From positions 851 through 64,850 of the forward strand of contig VFZH01000002.1 in the NCBI GenBank assembly GCA_016871255.1: a stretch of DNA of 64,000 nucleotides, read 5' to 3'. Both the position numbers and the translations under genes were made by a program. The notes below the pieces were generated by a model. It made no database searches. It was not told where the DNA came from and saw nothing but the letters and a program-made list of their open reading frames with translations. Origin of the DNA: Acidimicrobiia bacterium. Lineage in GTDB: Bacteria; Acidobacteriota; Vicinamibacteria; Vicinamibacterales; UBA2999. This document shows positions 1-8,717 of this stretch, piece after piece; positions within the stretch are counted from its first letter, which is position 1, and every line of letters begins with the position of its first letter.

Positions 1-156
1 ATCGGACACCTCGAGCGACTCGACGGCCTTGCCGGTCCCGCGTGCGACGACCTCCAGGCACTGCGCGAGGTCCCGCTGGTAGGCGCGCACGGTGTGCGTG
101 GACGCGTTCCGATTGAGTTCCAGGTACGCCAGGAACGCGGCGAGCTGTTCACGCAC
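1..156 (-). CDS. xerC: tyrosine recombinase XerC/XerD family, first 52 codons only (gene runs off the left edge)
   Basis: The minus-strand frame ending exactly at base 1 reads VREQLAAFLAYLELNRNASTHTVRAYQRDLAQCLEVV. This is the N-terminal core-binding motif of Xer recombinases. GTG at 156-154 overlaps the trmFO stop. The position after topA-trmFO matches the topA-gid-codV order known in Bacillus. It is absent from the ORF track because it is truncated. Confidence 0.6.
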   Translation of the reverse strand, partial: MREQLAAFLAYLELNRNASTHTVRAYQRDLAQCLEVVARGTGKAVESLEVSD

Positions 157-1504
157 CGACGGCCATCCAGTCGTCCAGCGCCGCCAGCGCGCGCTCGGCG
201 ATCGCCTGCTTGCGCTCGACCTTCCTCTTCGGCGCCCGCTCCAGCGGCGCCATGATGCCGAACGTGATGTTGGTCGGCTGGTAGCCGTCCGGGGCGGCGT
301 GCGACACGTAGTACGCCAGCGCGCCGATGGCCGTCGTGCGCGGCAGCGCCACGGGCGGCGCGCCGAGCGACACGAGCGCGGCGTTGCGCCCGGCGATCAG
401 GCCCGAGGCGGCCGACTCCACGTACCCTTCGACACCCGAGATCTGCCCCGCGAAGAACAGGTCCGGCCTCGCGCGCGTCTGCCACGTCTCGTGCAGCACC
501 CGCGGCCCGTTGATGTACGTGTTCCGGTGGACCATCCCGAACCGCACGAACTCGGCCGCCTGCAGGCCGGGGATCATCTTCAGCACGCGCGCCTGCTCAC
601 CCCACTTGAGCTGCGTCTGGAAGCCGACCAGGCTGTAGTGATCCCCAGCCAGGTTGTCCTGCCGAAGCTGCACCACGGCATACGGGGTTCGTCCGGTCCG
701 GGGATCGACGAGCCCCACGGGTTTCATCGGACCGAAGCGCAGCGTGTCTCGTCCACGATGGGCCATGACCTCGACCGGCAGGCACCCTTCGAAGAACGTC
801 GCCGTGTCGAAGTCGTGGACGGTCGCGGACTCCGCCGCCACGAGCGCGTCGTAGAACCGCTCGTACTCCTCCCGCGTCAACGGGCAGTTCAGGTAGTCCC
901 CTCCGCCATCGTCACCGCACGCGGGGCCCGCGGCATCCGGCCCACGCAGGCTGCGCCCCCAGCGCGACGCGCGGAACACGGTGTCGCGATCGATCGACTC
1001 GGCCAGGACAATCGGGCTGATGGCGTCGTAGAAGTAGAGGTGGTCGGCGCCCACGAACCGGGCCACGTCGTCCGACAGCGACGCGGACGTCAGCGGGCCG
1101 GTCGCGATGACCAGCGGAAACATGGCCGGGTCGCCGGGGATCCGCGTCACCTCGTCGCGCGCAACGGTGATGAGCGGGTGCGAGGTGATCGCCCCGGTCA
1201 CGGCGGCCGAAAACGCCTCGCGGTCCACGGCGAGGGCGGCGCCGGCGGGCACCCGGCACCGGTCGGCTGCGTCCATCACGAGGGAGCCCAGCCGGCGCAT
1301 CTCCTCTTTCAGGAGGCCGACCGCGTTATCGAGCTTGTCGCCGCGGAAGGAGTTCGAGCAGACGAGCTCCGCGAGGCGATCGGTCTTGTGTACGGCCGTG
1401 GCCCGCGCGGGGCGCATCTCGTGCAGGGTGACCCGCACGCCCATCGAGGCCGCCTGCCATGCGGCCTCGGATCCCGCCAGGCCACCGCCGATGATGTGAA
1501 TCAC
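149..1504 (-). CDS. trmFO: methylenetetrahydrofolate--tRNA-(uracil-5)-methyltransferase TrmFO (Gid)
   Basis: 451-aa ORF. It has the N-terminal FAD fold MIHIIGGGLAGSEAAWQAA, plus FFAGQISGVEGYVESAASG and overall TrmFO-like length. Its start lies 3 nt downstream of the topA stop. Confidence 0.92.
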   Translation of the reverse strand: MIHIIGGGLAGSEAAWQAASMGVRVTLHEMRPARATAVHKTDRLAELVCSNSFRGDKLDNAVGLLKEEMRRLGSLVMDAADRCRVPAGAALAVDREAFSAAVTGAITSHPLITVARDEVTRIPGDPAMFPLVIATGPLTSASLSDDVARFVGADHLYFYDAISPIVLAESIDRDTVFRASRWGRSLRGPDAAGPACGDDGGGDYLNCPLTREEYERFYDALVAAESATVHDFDTATFFEGCLPVEVMAHRGRDTLRFGPMKPVGLVDPRTGRTPYAVVQLRQDNLAGDHYSLVGFQTQLKWGEQARVLKMIPGLQAAEFVRFGMVHRNTYINGPRVLHETWQTRARPDLFFAGQISGVEGYVESAASGLIAGRNAALVSLGAPPVALPRTTAIGALAYYVSHAAPDGYQPTNITFGIMAPLERAPKRKVERKQAIAERALAALDDWMAVGA

Positions 1505-1506
1505 GA

Positions 1507-4275
1507 TCAGGCGCCGGCGGTCTTCCTCGCGCGGGACTGCGACGTGGCCCCGGCCGTCTTCGTGGTCTTGGCGGCCTTCGCCTTGGCAGTCTTGGTCGCC
1601 TTGGTGGCCTTCGCCGCCCGGACGGCGCCGGGCCGTCCCCGCCCGCGGCGCCGCGGCTGCCTGGCGCTCTCCCGGCGGGCTGCGAGCAGCTCCTGCGCCT
1701 GCTCCAGCGTGAGCGATACGGGATCGACGTCCTTGGGAACGGACGCGTTCGTCTCGCCGTCGGTCACGTACGGACCGTAGCGGCCCGCGTACACCTTGAG
1801 CGGCGCCGATCCATCGACCGCCAGCTCCGCCAGCACCTTCTTCTGCGCCGCCTGGCGGCGCGAGCGCTTCGGCGCCCGGAGCAGCGCCACCGCCGCATCG
1901 AGGCCGATCGTGAACACGTCGTCGTCAGTTTCGAGCGATCGGAACTCCGACTGGTGCTTGAGGTAGGGACCGAACCGGCCGAAGCCGGCCAGGATCGGCT
2001 CCCCGTCGTCCGGGTGCGGCCCCACCGTCCGCGGCAGCGCGAGCAGCGTCAGCGCCTGGTCGAGGGTGACCGTGGACTCGGTCATGTCGCCCTGGAGGGA
2101 GGCGCGCTTCGGCTTGGGGGCGCCCTTGCCGTCCGGCGTCTCGCCGAGCTGCACGTAGGCGCCGAAGCGCCCGTTCATCACGTAGACCTGCAGGCCCGTC
2201 TCCGGATCCTCGCCGAGCGCACGCGGGCCTTCCGCTTTCGCGCGCACCAGCTCCAGCGCCCTGGCCACGGACAGATCCGCCGGCGCCACGTCCTCGGGCA
2301 GCGACGCCGTGCGGCCGGGGCCGCCCTCGCCGAGCTGGACGAAGGGACCGAAGCGGCCGATGCGCACGCGGACCGGCTGACCCGACTCCTCCTCGGTGCC
2401 GAGATCGAGCACCGGGTAGTCGGCACTCTCCGTCCCCTCGGTCACGGCGGGCAGCAGGCCCCGATGTTTCCCGTCGCCGAAGTAGAACTGGCGGAGGAAG
2501 GCCACCGAGTCGCGTTCGCCGCGCGAGATCTCGTCGAGGTCCTCCTCCATCTCCGCGGTGAACCCGGTTTCGACGAAATCGCCGAAGTGTTCGCGCAGCA
2601 GCTTCGTCACGGCGAACGCCGTGAAGCTGGGGACCAGCGCGCGCGCCTGGCGGAACACGTAGCCGCGCCGGACGATCGTGGCGATCGTCGGTGCGTAGGT
2701 GGAGGGCCGTCCGATGCCGAGCCGCTCGAGCTCCTTGATGAGCGCCGCCTCGGTGAAGCGCGCGGGCGGCAGCGTCTCGTGTCGCCTGGCGTCCACCCGC
2801 CGCAGCTGCACCGCCGTCCCCTCGCGCGCGATCCGGTCGCCCACGGCCATCTTCGGCAGAATCGCTTCCTGCTCCTCCAGCTCGGCGGCCGGGTCGTCGC
2901 TGCCCTCGACGTACGCGCGGCGGAACCCGGCAAACTCGATCGCCTTGCCGCTGGCCGCCAGCACGACCGCCTGCCCGTCAGCCCCGCCGGCCGTGATCTC
3001 GACCGAGGTGCGCAGCACGCGGGCGTCCACCATCTGCGACGCCATCGTGCGCTTCCAGACCAGCTCGTACAGCTTCAGGTCGTCCGGATCCAGCACCCGC
3101 TCGAGGCGGCCTGGCGCCAGCATGAAGTCGGTGGGCCGGATCGCTTCGTGCGCCTCCTGGGCGTTCTTCACCTTCGTCTGGTACCGGCGCGGCCCGTCGT
3201 GGTACTCCGCGCCGAACAGCTCCCGGATCACGCGCGCCGACTCGGTCAGCGCGCGATCGCTCAGCGTGGTCGAGTCGGTCCGGTGGTAGGTGATCAACCC
3301 TTCCATCTGCCCGTTGCCGACGTCCACGCCCTGGAAGAGCCGCTGCGCCGCCTGCATCGTGCGCTCGGTGGAGAAGCCGAGCTTGCGGCTGGCTTCCTGC
3401 GTGAGCGTCGAGGTCGTGAACGGCGGGGCCGGCCGTTCGACGCCAGGCTTCTGTTCGACGGCGCTGACGCTCCAGGGCAGGTTCGCCTCCACGGCCTGCC
3501 GCAATCGGCCGGCCGCAGCCTCGTCGAGCAGCCGCACCTGCGATCCCTTCAGCGCACCGGTGTGGGAATCGAAGTCCTTCCCGGTCGCGACGCGCGCGTC
3601 GCCAACCCGCGTGAGGGTCGCCGTGAACGTCCTGCCGTCGCCCTGGAACGTGGCGTCGAGGTCCCAGTAGACGCCCGCGCGGAACCGGCGCCGCTCCTCC
3701 TCGCGCTCGACGATGAGGCGCACCGCCACGCTCTGCACGCGGCCGGCGCTCAGCCCGGTCTGGACCTTCTTCCAGAGCAGCGGCGAGAGCGTGTAGCCGT
3801 AGAGCCGGTCGAGGATCCGCCGGCTTTCCTGCGCCCGCACCAGGTTGTCGTTCACCGTCGACGGGCGCTCCAGCGCGTGGTTGACCGCGTCTTCGGTGAT
3901 CTCGTGGAAGACGATCCGGCGTACGGGCACCTTCGGCTTGAGCACCTCGCGGAGGTGCCAGCTGATCGACTCGCCTTCGCGGTCGGGATCGGTCGCGAGC
4001 AGAATCTCGGACGCGTCCTTCATCGCCGCCCGCAGCTGCGTCACGTACTTCCGCTTGTCGGCCGGGATGACGTAGTAGGGCGTGAAGTCGCTCTCGACGT
4101 CCACGCCGAGGCGGCCCCACTCACGGGGCTTGATTTCCTTCGGCACCTCAGCCGCGGACTCCGGCAGATCCCGGATGTGTCCGTAGCTCGCCTCCACGCG
4201 GTACCGGCTGCCCAGAAAGCGGCCGAGCGTCTTGGCTTTCGCCGGGGATTCGACGATGACCAGCGGTTTTGCCAT
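1507..4275 (-). CDS. topA: DNA topoisomerase I (Cys-free C-terminal repeat type with a Lys/Ala-rich tail)
   Basis: 922-aa ORF. It has the Toprim start MAKPLVIVESPAKAKTLGRFLG and the active-site region GLITYHRTDS. Four GRFGPY-like C-terminal repeats are followed by the tail KATKATKTAKAKAAKTTK. Confidence 0.95.
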   Translation of the reverse strand: MAKPLVIVESPAKAKTLGRFLGSRYRVEASYGHIRDLPESAAEVPKEIKPREWGRLGVDVESDFTPYYVIPADKRKYVTQLRAAMKDASEILLATDPDREGESISWHLREVLKPKVPVRRIVFHEITEDAVNHALERPSTVNDNLVRAQESRRILDRLYGYTLSPLLWKKVQTGLSAGRVQSVAVRLIVEREEERRRFRAGVYWDLDATFQGDGRTFTATLTRVGDARVATGKDFDSHTGALKGSQVRLLDEAAAGRLRQAVEANLPWSVSAVEQKPGVERPAPPFTTSTLTQEASRKLGFSTERTMQAAQRLFQGVDVGNGQMEGLITYHRTDSTTLSDRALTESARVIRELFGAEYHDGPRRYQTKVKNAQEAHEAIRPTDFMLAPGRLERVLDPDDLKLYELVWKRTMASQMVDARVLRTSVEITAGGADGQAVVLAASGKAIEFAGFRRAYVEGSDDPAAELEEQEAILPKMAVGDRIAREGTAVQLRRVDARRHETLPPARFTEAALIKELERLGIGRPSTYAPTIATIVRRGYVFRQARALVPSFTAFAVTKLLREHFGDFVETGFTAEMEEDLDEISRGERDSVAFLRQFYFGDGKHRGLLPAVTEGTESADYPVLDLGTEEESGQPVRVRIGRFGPFVQLGEGGPGRTASLPEDVAPADLSVARALELVRAKAEGPRALGEDPETGLQVYVMNGRFGAYVQLGETPDGKGAPKPKRASLQGDMTESTVTLDQALTLLALPRTVGPHPDDGEPILAGFGRFGPYLKHQSEFRSLETDDDVFTIGLDAAVALLRAPKRSRRQAAQKKVLAELAVDGSAPLKVYAGRYGPYVTDGETNASVPKDVDPVSLTLEQAQELLAARRESARQPRRRGRGRPGAVRAAKATKATKTAKAKAAKTTKTAGATSQSRARKTAGA

Positions 4276-4295
4276 CGCCCATTCCTATAGCACGG

Positions 4296-5363
4296 TCACG
4301 GCAGCCGCATGAAACGCCCTCCGCCAACCCGGCCGATCGCCCCCGCCAGTTCGAGGTCGAGCAGCCGGGTCAACAGCCGGGCCGGCGCGAGCCCGGACCC
4401 TTCCGCCAGCGCATCGAGGTCGTACGACACGCCCGGATCCATCCTGGCGAGCAACGAATCCCCGGAACCACCTGTCACACAGGGCTTTGTGCCTCCGGAC
4501 CACCTGTCGCCCAGCGGCGCCTGACCGTGCCGGCCGAGTCCCAGCGCATCGAGCACGTCGTCGGCGTGTTCCACGATGCCGGCGCCGTCACGGATCAGCG
4601 CGTGGCCACCCCGGTTCCGCCCGGACAACACGTTGCCGGGCACCACCAGCACCTCCCGGCCCTGGTCGAGCGCGGCACGCGCGGTGATCAGCGAACCACT
4701 CCGCTCGGCCGCCTCCACGATGACCACGGCCCGAGACAACCCGCTGATGATCCGGTTCCGTTCCGGGAAGCGGAACGGCTCGGGGCGGGTCCCGGGCGGG
4801 TACTCGCTCAGCACGATGCCTGCAGTCGCAATCCGATCGATCAGCGCCCCGTGCTCGCGCGGGTAGGGCACGTCCACGCCGGAGCCGAGCACGGCGGCGG
4901 TGCGGCCCGTCGAGGTGGAGAGTGCCCCGCGATGCGCGGCGGAATCGACGCCGCGCGCCAGACCGCTCACCACGGTGATGCCGGCGGCCGCGAGGTCCCG
5001 GCCCAGCTGTGCCGCGATCTCCAGCCCGGCGGCGGTTGCGGCCCGGGACCCGACCACGGCGACGGCCGGGGCGGTCAGTGCGGCCAGGTCCCCGCGGTAC
5101 CAGAGGACCAGGGGTCGATCGCCAGGCGGCAGCAGGGCGGCCGGATAGCCCGGGTCGCCGGCGGTGACGATGCCGATGCCGGCACGCGCCGCGCGATCGA
5201 TCATCTGGCGAGCCCGTGCGACGTACGGGAGACCCAGCCGAACCGGGACGTCTCCGGAACGCAGCAGGTCGGGGAGGCCGGCGCGGACGCTGGCCGGCAG
5301 GAGCGAAAGGGCGAGGATTTCGTCGAGCGTCATCGAGGCGCACCCGGAAGTGTCCGCGCGCAC
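4296..5363 (-). CDS. dprA: DNA processing protein DprA (Smf)
   Basis: 355-aa ORF with DprA core motifs VVSGLARGVDSAAHRGAL, GSGVDVPYPREH and FPERNRIISGL. An alternative start is ATG 5333. Confidence 0.85.
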   Translation of the reverse strand: MRADTSGCASMTLDEILALSLLPASVRAGLPDLLRSGDVPVRLGLPYVARARQMIDRAARAGIGIVTAGDPGYPAALLPPGDRPLVLWYRGDLAALTAPAVAVVGSRAATAAGLEIAAQLGRDLAAAGITVVSGLARGVDSAAHRGALSTSTGRTAAVLGSGVDVPYPREHGALIDRIATAGIVLSEYPPGTRPEPFRFPERNRIISGLSRAVVIVEAAERSGSLITARAALDQGREVLVVPGNVLSGRNRGGHALIRDGAGIVEHADDVLDALGLGRHGQAPLGDRWSGGTKPCVTGGSGDSLLARMDPGVSYDLDALAEGSGLAPARLLTRLLDLELAGAIGRVGGGRFMRLP

Positions 5364-5380
5364 CCGACCTTCTGTCCGTC

Positions 5381-5386
5381 ATTATA
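5381..5386 (-). promoter_or_regulatory. candidate -10 box (perfect TATAAT) for dprA
   Basis: The minus strand reads TATAAT. This is an isolated AT hexamer in GC-rich DNA, 17 nt upstream of ATG 5363. No convincing -35 was found. Confidence 0.3.
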
Positions 5387-5500
5387 GGCGCCGCTGGGCA
5401 CAATCGGAGGCAGCACAGGAGGATCTGGCAACCATCCGAGCGCCATTTCCGCCCTGACCCGTGGTACGTGGCTTGCCTTGCAGCAACGACGCAAGACAGC

Positions 5501-5529
5501 TTGCACCCGGCTCGAACGGTGGCTATAGT
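5501..5529 (+). promoter_or_regulatory. candidate sigma-70-type promoter (TTGCAC - 17 nt - TATAGT)
   Basis: The hexamers have a 17-nt spacer. The -10 ends 13 nt before ATG 5543, and there is no Shine-Dalgarno in between. This implies a very short or absent leader. Confidence 0.45.
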
Positions 5530-5542
5530 TTCGACACTTCCG

Positions 5543-5896
5543 ATGACGCGTGGGCTCGTGCTGTCCCTGCTCGCCCTGGGGCTCCTGTCCTCCGTGCCGG
5601 CGTACGCGGATGCCCGCGGCGACGCCCGCCGGCAGGTCGAGTTCGGCCTGGAAGCGGCCGCGCACGGCCTCTGGCACGAGGCGGTGTACCGCTGGGAGCG
5701 CGCGGTCGAGATCGATCCCACGTACGCAGAGGCGTACAATGACCTGGCGGTCGCCTACGAGCACGCGGGCGAGCTCGACAAGGCGCGCGCGGCGTACGAG
5801 AAGGCACTGGAGCTGGCGCCTGGCAGTCCGTCCATCCGGCAGAACTACGAGCTGTTCAGGGAAATCAATGAGCGCACGAGCGGCGACGATTACTAG
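5543..5896 (+). CDS. secreted TPR-repeat protein
   Basis: Internal ATG of track ORF 5216..5896. It has the signal peptide MTRGLVLSLLALGLLSSVPAYA followed by TPR-like helices (AEAYNDLAVAYEHAGELDKARAAYEKALELAP). Confidence 0.7.
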   Translation: MTRGLVLSLLALGLLSSVPAYADARGDARRQVEFGLEAAAHGLWHEAVYRWERAVEIDPTYAEAYNDLAVAYEHAGELDKARAAYEKALELAPGSPSIRQNYELFREINERTSGDDY

Positions 5897-6647
5897 CGTG
5901 GTGGCGGCGCTGGCGGTGGCCTCGTGCGGCGGGTTGTACGAGATCTCGATCGAAACACCGATCCGCCCCAAGCTCGACGTGTCCGCGTTCCAGCGCGTGC
6001 TCGTCGCCGGCTTCGTGGCCGGGGGCAGCCAGGACGTGGACGCGAATCAGGAAACGGTGCGGCTGCTGCGCAGCCAGCTTCGCAGCAAGTCGCAGCTCCG
6101 GGTGATCGATGCCGACTCGGTCGGCCTGCTGGCAGCCTCGGCGCCCGAGCCCGAGCGCACCGGCGGGAGCGACAACGCGGTGTTCGACGATCCGGCGCTG
6201 GCAGACACCACGGAGTTCAGGGACGAGGAAGACCTCGAGCCGTACGAGCACATCTTCGCCGACGTCGAGTACTGGAAGAAGCTCGGCGAGGAGCACCAGG
6301 GCCCGCTGATCGTCACCGGGACGGTGCTCTTCACGCCCCGCCAGGCGTCCGGCTACGTGCAGCGCGAGGAGGAGGTCTACGACGCTTTCGGGCGCCGCAG
6401 AGTGGTCCCGATCCGGACCTACCAGGAGCGCAAGGGGTTCGTGCTCCGGCCGAAGTTCATCTTCATCGACGGGCGCACGGGGACAACGCTCTACTCCGAG
6501 TCGTTCCACGAAGAGGTGCTCTACCCGGCGAACCAGACGACGCCCGCCCTCTCCTCGTACTTCGAGCTGATGGAGCGGCTGATCCCGAGCTTCCTCAACA
6601 CGTTGAGCAGCCAGAAGATCCGCGGCACGCGCATCCTGCTGAAGTAG
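5868..6647 (+). CDS. hypothetical lipoprotein
   Basis: Internal ATG of track ORF 5550..6647. The N-terminus MSARAATITSVVAALAVASCGG carries the lipobox VASC. The sequence beyond it is compositionally normal (non-Arg/Pro-rich). It overlaps the TPR gene by 29 nt. I recognise no family. Confidence 0.6.
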   Translation: MSARAATITSVVAALAVASCGGLYEISIETPIRPKLDVSAFQRVLVAGFVAGGSQDVDANQETVRLLRSQLRSKSQLRVIDADSVGLLAASAPEPERTGGSDNAVFDDPALADTTEFRDEEDLEPYEHIFADVEYWKKLGEEHQGPLIVTGTVLFTPRQASGYVQREEEVYDAFGRRRVVPIRTYQERKGFVLRPKFIFIDGRTGTTLYSESFHEEVLYPANQTTPALSSYFELMERLIPSFLNTLSSQKIRGTRILLK

Positions 6648-6713
6648 ACGCGCCCGCCGCCGACGGAGGCCGGTCCGAGGCCTGCCCTGAGCGGAGTCGA
6701 AGGGCCCTGTTCT

Positions 6714-6743
6714 TTGACGGACGTCGCTCTCCTTCGCTAGACT
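6714..6743 (+). promoter_or_regulatory. candidate sigma-70-type promoter for rplU-rpmA-obg (TTGACG - 18 nt - TAGACT)
   Basis: Hexamers are seen in sequence. They would give a leader of about 90 nt containing the hairpin GGGCCCG-ggaga-CGGGCCC just before the GAGGAG RBS and GTG 6836. Confidence 0.4.
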
Positions 6744-6835
6744 GGGGTGTTTCGGATACGGGCATCGGCCGGCCCGGCGACGGGTGACGGGGTGATGCCG
6801 CCAGCGGGCCCGGGAGACGGGCCCGAGGAGACGCT

Positions 6836-7150
6836 GTGTTCGCGATCATTCAGGCACGAGGGCGTCAGTTGCGCGTGGCTCCCGGCGACGTCGTGGACGT
6901 CGACGGCAGGCCCGGTGACGTGGGTTCGCCCGTGGTGTTCGAGGAAGTGCTGCTCGTGTCGAGGGACGCGGGCGACGTGGTGGCCGGCGCGCCCTTCGTG
7001 GCCAACGCGCGCGTGCTGGGCGTGGTGGGCGGCGAATCGCGCGGACCGAAGCTGCGCGTGTTCAAGAAGAAGCGGCGCAAGGGGATGCGGAAGACGCGCG
7101 GGCACCGCAGCATCTTCACGCGCGTGCAGATCACGGAAATCCAGGCGTAA
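6836..7150 (+). CDS. rplU: 50S ribosomal protein L21
   Basis: 104 aa, MFAIIQARGRQLRVAPGDVVDVD...KKKRRKGMRKTRGHRSIFTRVQI. GTG start with a GAGGAG RBS. Confidence 0.95.
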   Translation: MFAIIQARGRQLRVAPGDVVDVDGRPGDVGSPVVFEEVLLVSRDAGDVVAGAPFVANARVLGVVGGESRGPKLRVFKKKRRKGMRKTRGHRSIFTRVQITEIQA

Positions 7151-7202
7151 CAACGGGGGCCCTGTCCGGGGTTCGCGTGTCGTGACGCTCGTGGCGGCCA
7201 GG

Positions 7203-7239
7203 TTCAGCTGGCCGTGGGCCGGCTGAAGCCGGCTCCCAC
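7203..7239. repeat. intergenic hairpin element (GGCCGGCTGAAGCCGGC family) with two overlapping alternative stems
   Basis: TTCAGCTGGCC (7203-7213) can pair with GGCCGGCTGAA (7217-7227). Alternatively GTGGGCCGGC (7214-7223) can pair with GCCGGCTCCCAC (7228-7239). A related copy lies at 37353-37377. Confidence 0.45.
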
Positions 7240-7289
7240 GATCCACACGCGAAGGCCCGGATCACGAGCTCGCCACGGGAGCCGACGTC

Positions 7290-7547
7290 ATGGCACACAA
7301 GAAGGGACAGGGCAGCTCACGCAACGGCCGCGACAGCAACTCGCAGCGGCTCGGTGTGAAGCGGCACGACGGCAACCTCGTCACCGGTGGCTCGATCCTC
7401 GTTCGCCAGCGCGGACGGCGGTTCCAGCCCGGCCTCAATGTGGGCCTGGGCAAGGACGACACGCTCTACGCGAAGGTCCCGGGTCGCGTGCAGTTCGAGG
7501 ACCACGGCGGGCGCGGACGCCGCATCAGCATCGTCCCGGTCGAGTAG
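7290..7547 (+). CDS. rpmA: 50S ribosomal protein L27
   Basis: 85 aa, [35 protein letters not shown]. There is no N-terminal propeptide. Confidence 0.95.
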   Translation: MAHKKGQGSSRNGRDSNSQRLGVKRHDGNLVTGGSILVRQRGRRFQPGLNVGLGKDDTLYAKVPGRVQFEDHGGRGRRISIVPVE

Positions 7548-7616
7548 CCCCTCGACCATCCGGGACGTCCCGGCACGGCACCCGTCCCTGTCGTCGCGCC
7601 GCCTATACTGACCAGC

Positions 7617-8717
7617 GTGTTCGTCGACGAAGTCGACATCCAGGTCACCGCCGGCGCGGGCGGGCGAGGCTGCCTCAGCTTCCGCCGCGAGAAGCGCGTC
7701 CCGCGAGGCGGTCCGGACGGTGGGGATGGCGGTCACGGCGGCTCGGTGGTCATCGTCGCGACGCCCCGCCGCAACACGCTGATCGACTTCCGCTTCCATC
7801 CCGAGTTCGTCGCCCCGCGCGGCCGCCACGGCGAAGGGTCGAACCGCGCCGGTCAGAGCGGCGCGGACCTCGAGATCGAAGTGCCGATCGGCACGCTCGT
7901 CCACGAGCGTGTGCCCGGCACCCCGGAAACGGTCCTGCTTGCCGACCTCACGGAGAACGGCCAGCGCGTCGTCGTCGCGCGCGGCGGGCGCGGCGGCCTG
8001 GGGAACGCACGCTTCGCCACGGCCACCAACCGCGCCCCGCGGAAGGTGCAGCCGGGCGAGCCGGGGGAAGAGCGCTTCCTGCGGCTGCATCTGAAGCTGC
8101 TGGCCGACGTCGGGCTCGTCGGCTTTCCCAACGCCGGCAAGTCGACGTTCATCGCGCGAGTGTCGGCGGCGCGTCCGAAGATCGCCGATTACCCGTTCAC
8201 GACCCTCACCCCGAACCTGGGCGTCGTCACGCTGAGCGACGACAGGAGCTTCGTGCTGGCGGACGTGCCGGGGCTGATCGAAGGGGCGTGGGAGGGCCAC
8301 GGACTCGGCCACCGGTTCCTGAAGCACCTGGAGCGGACGAAGGTGCTGATCCACCTCGTGGACGTGTCGTCCGCCACCGGCCGCGATCCGGTGGCCGACT
8401 TCGAGACCGTGCAGCGGGAGCTGCGGCTGTTCGACGCCGCGCTCGCGGCGAAGCCGCAGATCGTCGCTGCCAGCAAGATCGACGCGCTGGACGAACCCGA
8501 CCGCCTGGCCCGGCTGACCGCTCACGTCTCCGCCCTCGGGCTTCCCGTGCTCGCCGTGTCCGGCGTCACGGGCCAGGGCGTCGACGCGCTGCTGGAGGCC
8601 GCCTGGCGCGACATCGTCCTGGCCAGACACCACGAGGCGCCCGACGCCCGGCAGAAGAGCGAAGATCCACCGCTCCAGGCTGGAGACCCGCCCGCCATGG
8701 AGCACGGGCCCCTGTGA
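7617..8717 (+). CDS. obg: GTPase Obg/CgtA
   Basis: 366 aa. It has the Obg fold start MFVDEVDIQVTAGAGGRGCLSFRREK and G motifs GFPNAGKST, DVPGLIEGA and SKID. Confidence 0.95.
   Translation: MFVDEVDIQVTAGAGGRGCLSFRREKRVPRGGPDGGDGGHGGSVVIVATPRRNTLIDFRFHPEFVAPRGRHGEGSNRAGQSGADLEIEVPIGTLVHERVPGTPETVLLADLTENGQRVVVARGGRGGLGNARFATATNRAPRKVQPGEPGEERFLRLHLKLLADVGLVGFPNAGKSTFIARVSAARPKIADYPFTTLTPNLGVVTLSDDRSFVLADVPGLIEGAWEGHGLGHRFLKHLERTKVLIHLVDVSSATGRDPVADFETVQRELRLFDAALAAKPQIVAASKIDALDEPDRLARLTAHVSALGLPVLAVSGVTGQGVDALLEAAWRDIVLARHHEAPDARQKSEDPPLQAGDPPAMEHGPL

Noticed and set aside
1-156. Tyrosine recombinase at the window edge as a marker of a mobile element or genomic island.
   Set aside because: Its N-terminal motif and its position directly after topA-trmFO fit the housekeeping XerC/CodV chromosome-dimer resolvase. 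No other mobile-element genes are adjacent.
92-1780. Long antisense or out-of-frame ORFs throughout the track. Examples are 92..1780 (+), 1954..4290 (+, 778 aa), 14911..17952 (+, 1013 aa), 30910..32754 (-, 614 aa), 34284..36557 (-, 757 aa), 41842..43935 (+), 46843..49041 (-) and 61102..62559 (-).
   Set aside because: Each lies opposite or out of frame with a gene that has clear family motifs. Their translations are Arg/Ala/Pro/Gly-rich low-complexity strings. This is typical of stop-codon-poor alternative frames in roughly 70% GC DNA.
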